From a virus: DNA of 64,000 nucleotides. The translations under genes and the position numbers were made by a program. Shown piece after piece: positions 58,822 through 64,000 of this stretch. The DNA is taken from the IMG/VR virus record IMGVR_UViG_3300023179_000038, positions 32,001 through 96,000 of that record. The stretch is one strand, 5' to 3'. The notes beneath the pieces were generated by a model. The model saw nothing but the letters and a program-made list of their open reading frames with translations. It searched no databases and was not told the DNA's origin. How positions within the stretch are numbered: position 1 is the stretch's first letter; the number at the start of each line of letters is the position of its first letter.

Positions 58822-59349
58822 TTAAGATAATCCGTTTTTAAGTGCTCCCCAAGTTCCATTACCTTTTGCTTCAACAATAATAATTCCAGTTGCTGCACTA
58901 ACATTAGCAACAATTCCTACAGCACCAGATCCACCAGTAGGTCTGGTGACAGTAAGTCCACCACTTTCTCCAACATAAACAACCGATCCTGCTGGAGATA
59001 AATCACTTGTATTTATATTATCTAAAACTCCAGCCACAATAACCAAACCCTGTTCATTATTTTCTAGTTGTTCTTTTAATAGTCCAAGTATTGGTTGTGA
59101 AGTTGATGCTATTGCTTTATTAACATGTGTAACTCCATTTGCAGAAGTTGTTACATAAACTGGAGTTCTTTTTTCTAATGTAATACCACTTACATTTTTA
59201 ACATTCATTTGAAAAGCAGAGATTCCTAATGATGGAAGAACAACCCTAAGCCTCTCAGCCAATTGCTCAATATCACCATGTACATTTACTGGATCTTCTG
59301 CTATAGGAAATGGTAAATTAAATCCATATCCTGTATTTCCCGTTGCCAT
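58822..59349 (-). CDS. Structural protein, DUF2190/capsid-cement-like
   Basis: TPVYV...ILGL...GLVIVAGVL...VYVGESGGLT pattern. Confidence 0.45.
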   Translation of the reverse strand: MATGNTGYGFNLPFPIAEDPVNVHGDIEQLAERLRVVLPSLGISAFQMNVKNVSGITLEKRTPVYVTTSANGVTHVNKAIASTSQPILGLLKEQLENNEQGLVIVAGVLDNINTSDLSPAGSVVYVGESGGLTVTRPTGGSGAVGIVANVSAATGIIIVEAKGNGTWGALKNGLS

Positions 59350-59377
59350 ATTTATTTATTATACCACTTTTACGCAC

Positions 59378-59407
59378 TTGACATAATAAATAATATCATG
59401 TTATACT
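59378..59407 (+). promoter_or_regulatory. Sigma70/SigA-type promoter for the lysozyme-like gene
   Basis: TTGACA-18 nt-TATACT with TG extension; back to back with a minus-strand TGGTATAAT at 59358-59366. Confidence 0.72.
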
Positions 59408-59461
59408 TATATATGAATAACACCCTTAAAAAAGGTGTTTTTTGTTTCTAAGGAGGAAACT

Positions 59462-60025
59462 ATGATTACTTTTATGAATAATAATAAGAACATCATTGGC
59501 ATACTCAGCATATTGGTAATGTTTTCCGTTTGGTCAAACATTGCTAATGCTTCTGAAAACCGATTAAACGATAGTAAAACTATTATGCTTGAAGAGACTA
59601 TGGAGGCCACGCAAGTGGCCAAAAGTGTTTCTAAGGCTAAAGAAGATCAGTTAGAAAGATATTCTAATGCTACATCTCTATCTGATGAAGATCTAAAAAA
59701 CTTGCTTAATTTAGTAGGTTTTAAGGGTCAAAATCTTAAGGAGGCTTGGGCCATTGCTAAAAAAGAGTCTAATGGAAGACCATTGGCTTTTAACAGCAAC
59801 CATGAAACTGGTGACTTATCTTATGGTATGTTCCAAATTAATATGATTGATTCTCTTGGTCCAGACCGTAGAGAAAAGTTTGATCTTGACTCTAATGCTG
59901 AACTATTCAATCCCGTAAAAAATGCAGAAATTGCATATTATATGACAAATGGTGGAGATGATTGGTCTTCTTGGAAAGGCATAACTCCAAAGACCCAAAT
60001 GTGGATGAATAAATTTCCTAAGTAG
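59462..60025 (+). CDS. Secreted lysozyme-like/lytic transglycosylase
   Basis: Signal peptide; AIAKKESNG (catalytic Glu), SYGMFQIN, LFNPVKNA, WSSW; AAGGAGG RBS. Confidence 0.85.
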   Translation: MITFMNNNKNIIGILSILVMFSVWSNIANASENRLNDSKTIMLEETMEATQVAKSVSKAKEDQLERYSNATSLSDEDLKNLLNLVGFKGQNLKEAWAIAKKESNGRPLAFNSNHETGDLSYGMFQINMIDSLGPDRREKFDLDSNAELFNPVKNAEIAYYMTNGGDDWSSWKGITPKTQMWMNKFPK

Positions 60026-60036
60026 TAAAATAAATT

Positions 60037-60066
60037 AGGACCTCTCTTAGGAGGGGTTCTTTTTTA
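60037..60066 (+). terminator. Rho-independent terminator
   Basis: AGGACCTCTC-TTAG-GAGGGGTTCT stem (with G-U pairs) followed by a T-run. Confidence 0.75.
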
Positions 60067-61039
60067 TTTCTTGAAGTATCCAGTTATAAGTTTTTTCAAT
60101 TCCCTCTTTTAATGTCATAGAATAATCCCAACCTAACTTTTCTTTAACCAGGTTGTTATTAGAATTTCTACCCCTGACACCCAAGGGTCCAGTAATATGC
60201 ATTTTACTTAAAACCTTGCTTTCAACACTACAGGCAATATCTACTAACTGATTTATAGTAACTATTTCTTCAGACCCAATATTAACTGGTCCAGTAAAAT
60301 CTGATTGCATGAGTCTTCTTGTTGCTTCTATGCATTCATCAATGTATAGGAATGAGCGGGTTTGTTCTCCGTCCCCCCAAATTTCTACAGAATCTTTTGC
60401 TTGTATAACTTTACGACATATTGCAGCAGGGGCCTTTTCTTTTCCACCATCCCAAGTTCCTTCTGGGCCATAAATATTATGATATCTGGCAATGGCTACA
60501 GGAATTTTATTGTTTCTATTAAAGGCTAAAAACATTCTCTCGCTAAACAGTTTTTCCCAACCATATTCGCTGTCAGGATCTGCAGGGTATGCATCAGACT
60601 CTTTAAGGCCAGGATTATTTACATCTAACTGCTTATAGTCAGGATACATGCAAGCAGAACTTGAATAAAATATTTTGGTTTTATTAATATCGTGTTTTGC
60701 GTTTAATCTTGATTGAGCCCTTAAAAGATTAAGATTTATAAGTGCAGAATTTTCCATAATTTGAGAATCATTTATGCCAGTAAAAATATATCCTGCGCCA
60801 CCCATATCTGCAGCAAATTGATATATTTCATCAAATGCTATTGTGCCCACGAGATGTATAATGCTTTCAATATTTTCATAGACAGATAAATCTTTTTTCA
60901 TAAATTCATCTGCTTTTGTTTTTGAAAAATCTGGAAACTTTAAATCAACACCACGAACCCAATATCCTTCAGATTTAAGCCTATTAACCATATGGCTACC
61001 TATAAAACCACCTGCACCTAAAACTAATGCTGATTTCAT
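60047..61039 (-). CDS. GDP-mannose 3,5-epimerase-like extended SDR
   Basis: GAGGFIG, AADMGG, SSSACMYP, YGWEK, HNIYGP, EKAPAAICRK, WGDGEQTRSF. Confidence 0.88.
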   Translation of the reverse strand: MKSALVLGAGGFIGSHMVNRLKSEGYWVRGVDLKFPDFSKTKADEFMKKDLSVYENIESIIHLVGTIAFDEIYQFAADMGGAGYIFTGINDSQIMENSALINLNLLRAQSRLNAKHDINKTKIFYSSSACMYPDYKQLDVNNPGLKESDAYPADPDSEYGWEKLFSERMFLAFNRNNKIPVAIARYHNIYGPEGTWDGGKEKAPAAICRKVIQAKDSVEIWGDGEQTRSFLYIDECIEATRRLMQSDFTGPVNIGSEEIVTINQLVDIACSVESKVLSKMHITGPLGVRGRNSNNNLVKEKLGWDYSMTLKEGIEKTYNWILQEIKKNPS

Positions 61040-61081
61040 TACTTCCTCACAATAATCTTAACTAAAGTATATGGCAATATT

Positions 61082-62029
61082 TTAAACTAAAACAGATATT
61101 TGTTTTTCCCAAAACTCAGAAATATGTAAATGTCTGTGTAGTCCAGGATGTGGCCAATGTGCTCCAGAACCTTTTAGCCGTCCATAGTTATAGGGGATTT
61201 TATGATAGTCATATGCGTGTTCAAATATGTCTGGATATTTATCTTTATATTCTTTATGGCATCCCTGCCAATTTATCATTTCAAAATAAGGAGGCAATCC
61301 AGATATATTTTCTGGATTACATCCAAACTCAAAGGCTGTAGGAAATTGTGTTTTTGTTGTGTCTGTAACGTAATGTCTAAAATTATTTTTTAAAAATTTT
61401 TCTTCTTTTTCTGTTAATCTATTTGACCATGTAGTCCAAATTAATTTAATATCATTAGATTCACAAAAAGCCTCTAGCATTTTAATATGATCTAGATTTT
61501 GATAATAGACCCACTCATATGGCAAAATTTCTTCATAGTCCCAAGGAGCCGATGCCTTTGTTTTTTTTTCTTTATGATTAATGTACCACATGTGCATTGC
61601 ATTAGCATCTTGGCTAATAAAATAAAATCTTTCAAAATTAGCAAAATGTGCAAGTACTACTTTTGGTTTATATTTGTACTGATGAATCATTCCAAAAAAA
61701 CTTGACACCAATAGATTTGCAGATGCTCCAGAATAAGATATGTTTCCAATGGGCTTATTAATTTTGTCTGAAAGAATATTAGACCATCTAAGGTTTTCTG
61801 GCATTCCCTGTCCTAATGTCAATGAGCATCCTAAAACTACAACTTCTGGATTTGTAGAAAATTCTACAGATCTCAGTCCATCACTATTCCATACATAATT
61901 ATATTCTGGTCTTTCTATTTCTGAATGTGATGCCAATACTGCATTAGTAACAGAATAATTTGTATTAGGGTATTTTCTATTGATTCCACAATAAGGAATA
62001 ACTCTTGGGTTAAATATATCAAATAGCAT
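61082..62029 (-). CDS. SGNH/GDSL-like protein
   Basis: NSDGLRS, LGCSLTLGQG, HPG...H near the C-terminus. Confidence 0.6.
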   Translation of the reverse strand: MLFDIFNPRVIPYCGINRKYPNTNYSVTNAVLASHSEIERPEYNYVWNSDGLRSVEFSTNPEVVVLGCSLTLGQGMPENLRWSNILSDKINKPIGNISYSGASANLLVSSFFGMIHQYKYKPKVVLAHFANFERFYFISQDANAMHMWYINHKEKKTKASAPWDYEEILPYEWVYYQNLDHIKMLEAFCESNDIKLIWTTWSNRLTEKEEKFLKNNFRHYVTDTTKTQFPTAFEFGCNPENISGLPPYFEMINWQGCHKEYKDKYPDIFEHAYDYHKIPYNYGRLKGSGAHWPHPGLHRHLHISEFWEKQISVLV

Positions 62030-62106
62030 TAGTATGTGTACCCACCTTTTTTAATTTTTCTATATTTTTTCCACATAATAAATTTATAAACAATTCTTTT
62101 TAGCAT
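62029..62106 (-). CDS. Tiny basic ORF (25 aa)
   Basis: MLKRIVYKFIMWKKYRKIKKGGYTY; fills the gap exactly, overlapping both neighbours. Confidence 0.5.
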   Translation of the reverse strand: MLKRIVYKFIMWKKYRKIKKGGYTY

Positions 62107-63131
62107 TTTGACTCTGCCCATTCTCTCCACCACATTTTTCTTCCGTTATCAAGTTCATGGTTATTCCAAGAATATGGTTGTCCTGTTGCTTTTTGAGGAT
62201 TGTCAAAAAAGTCCCAGGTTTCATTTCCTTTCTGATTTCTATTTCTATGTATATAGGCAGTGTATGTGCTTCCCGATGTACCAACAAAATTTGTAGCATT
62301 ATGCATTACTAGATTACAAATAAGACCAAACACAACTTCATCTTGAAATGGTAAAGACATAAATTCATTTTTAAAATTATTTACAATGTACTCATCTAGC
62401 AATATAAACCTATGCTTGTTGTCTTGAATCATTTTGTGTCCTGGTTGACATGTTGTTACAACTATTGGCAAATTGTTTTGTGCAAACCTATCTAACCATG
62501 ACTCAAACATTTCTTGTTTTGTTTCAAACATTTTAACATGATCTGAAAGCCTTAAATGCATTCCTTGAAAATGTCCTATTGAGTGATATATTTTATTTGC
62601 TAAATCAAAATACTCTTGTTTAAATTTAACTGAAGATATTGCTTTATTAAGGCTGTTGCTTCTTTTGTAAAAAAATCTTGAATACCAACCTAGAGTTAGT
62701 TTTAGGTGAAGTATTTTGTCTAGTGGAAGTCTTTTTCTTCCTTCTGCAAAATACTTTTCATCATCAGAAAAATCTTGATAATTGCTATAATAAAAATTAT
62801 TTAAAATATCATCAATAACTAACTCTTCTTGTTTAAAACTATCTATTTTTTCATTAATAAAAACTAAATTTGAATCAAAATCTATAAGATCTAACAAGTG
62901 AGGATACTGATCTGGATTTGTAAAACCCTCTCTTTGTTTATTGTAAAATCTGCTAGGAGTATAAATTGGAATATTGTCAGTATTATAAAGTTTTTTGTCT
63001 GCAGTATATTGTGTATAGTGAATTATTGCTGGCACATTTAATTCATGAGATAATCCAGTTGCTAATTCAAGACTCATTACTTGATTTATTAAGCCTGTAG
63101 GATTATATAATTGAAAAAATAACTTATTCAT
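62100..63131 (-). CDS. O-fucosyltransferase-like (GT-B) glycosyltransferase
   Basis: GLINQ, GMHLR..D, FVGTSGSTYT GDP-sugar-binding motifs. Confidence 0.75.
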   Translation of the reverse strand: MNKLFFQLYNPTGLINQVMSLELATGLSHELNVPAIIHYTQYTADKKLYNTDNIPIYTPSRFYNKQREGFTNPDQYPHLLDLIDFDSNLVFINEKIDSFKQEELVIDDILNNFYYSNYQDFSDDEKYFAEGRKRLPLDKILHLKLTLGWYSRFFYKRSNSLNKAISSVKFKQEYFDLANKIYHSIGHFQGMHLRLSDHVKMFETKQEMFESWLDRFAQNNLPIVVTTCQPGHKMIQDNKHRFILLDEYIVNNFKNEFMSLPFQDEVVFGLICNLVMHNATNFVGTSGSTYTAYIHRNRNQKGNETWDFFDNPQKATGQPYSWNNHELDNGRKMWWREWAESKC

Positions 63132-63722
63132 TTACATAGTTTCTATTTTGGGTTTTTCTTTAGTATTTGTTTTTCTAATGTCTGTGTATAAGTATTGAGC
63201 ACCATGTTTAAAAAACCAGTGATCTGGCTCTGTATAAAAAAAGAATGCATTGGCAACCAAATTAGTTTTTGGATTTGGAAAATCTTCTCTCCAATGTTGT
63301 TGATCATTGCCATATGATATAACTGCATCATTTTCTTCTGCTTCAAACTTTATACCCTCAACATAAAAATCCCAAGGTGTTTTATGAAAAATCGTGTAGT
63401 TTATATGATATGTACAAGCGTTGTCGTCCTTGTGTTTCCAAAGTTTTGCTTTATCCCCTTCATAAATACTTAGCACACACCATGATGGCAATAAAGTTTC
63501 TGACTCAAATTCTTCTCTTGCCAAAGGTAATAACATTTCATGAAACTTTCTAAGTGGCTCTATATTTGTACCGTGAGTATTGTCCCAAATTGTCCATTGG
63601 TGTCTACCAAACGATTCATCATAAGTACTCTTGTCTGTTGACCATAAGTTCATTGCTAGATTTTGCAACTCTAAATGTTCTGCTGGTGGAAATACTGTTT
63701 TTAATAAATAAGGAGTTTTCAT
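63132..63722 (-). CDS. 2OG-Fe(II) oxygenase-like protein
   Basis: LWKHKDDNAC...WDFYVEG...QHWRE. Confidence 0.72.
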   Translation of the reverse strand: MKTPYLLKTVFPPAEHLELQNLAMNLWSTDKSTYDESFGRHQWTIWDNTHGTNIEPLRKFHEMLLPLAREEFESETLLPSWCVLSIYEGDKAKLWKHKDDNACTYHINYTIFHKTPWDFYVEGIKFEAEENDAVISYGNDQQHWREDFPNPKTNLVANAFFFYTEPDHWFFKHGAQYLYTDIRKTNTKEKPKIETM

Positions 63723-63723
63723 T

Positions 63724-63966
63724 TTACCACTTACTTAATGGACATACTGCTTTTTCTAGTTTTGTTTTTAAATGCATTAGACATCCACACTTTTTACACT
63801 GCTTTGTTAATTTAATAAGTTCTGGACAAGACTTACATATGGAGTATCTATCTGTTGCTTTTTTTTCGTCTGCCCATTCGGCATTAGGATTTGCAAGATC
63901 CCAAGGTCTTGTTTCTCCAAGATTTTTTTTCCATTTTTGATACGGGGATAAGTTTTCTTCCAACAT
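63724..63966 (-). CDS. DUF6171-like Cys-rich protein
   Basis: RYSICKSC...QCKKCGC...KT....CP..KW. Confidence 0.65.
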   Translation of the reverse strand: MLEENLSPYQKWKKNLGETRPWDLANPNAEWADEKKATDRYSICKSCPELIKLTKQCKKCGCLMHLKTKLEKAVCPLSKW

Positions 63967-64000
63967 ATCTTACTCCTAAACTATTTCAAAAGTTATTTCA

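Noticed and set aside
3226-63940. Many short plus-strand ORFs (e.g. 27568..28080, 56916..57392, 15888..16310)
   Set aside because: Antisense shadows of well-supported minus-strand genes, with no recognisable motifs
1-64000. tRNA genes or stop-codon reassignment
   Set aside because: No cloverleaf seen in the short intergenic gaps; genes are intact and densely packed under the standard code

Overview
A 64-kb, strongly AT-rich (roughly 30% GC by eye) segment of a large long-tailed dsDNA phage. Nearly all genes are on the minus strand. In transcription order (right to left) it holds: a hydroxylation/glycosylation cassette (2OG-Fe(II) oxygenase, O-fucosyltransferase-like GT, SGNH-like protein, GDP-mannose 3,5-epimerase); a lone plus-strand secreted lysozyme-like transglycosylase; a modular fibre/adaptor cassette ending in an FN3 protein with an (FGA)n repeat and a Hint domain; a B12 module (class II RNR, transcobalamin-like protein, small membrane ORF, PduO); head genes (portal, protease/scaffold, MCP); head-tail and tail genes (duplicated tail chaperone, 2574-aa tape measure); a replication/recombination module (DnaB, primase, SSB, DnaE, RecA, Cas4-like, RuvC-like) with an inserted halogenase/AhpD pair and two oxygenases; the terminase; and two secreted host-like surface proteins. 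Gene order resembles large Streptomyces-type actinophages. An acI-type C-terminal motif (TITCVKGK...CP.GYKKK) and many leaderless extended -10 promoters suggest a freshwater actinobacterial host (inference). No tRNA, rRNA, CRISPR array, integrase or reverse transcriptase was recognised. All family calls come from motif recognition, not database searches.
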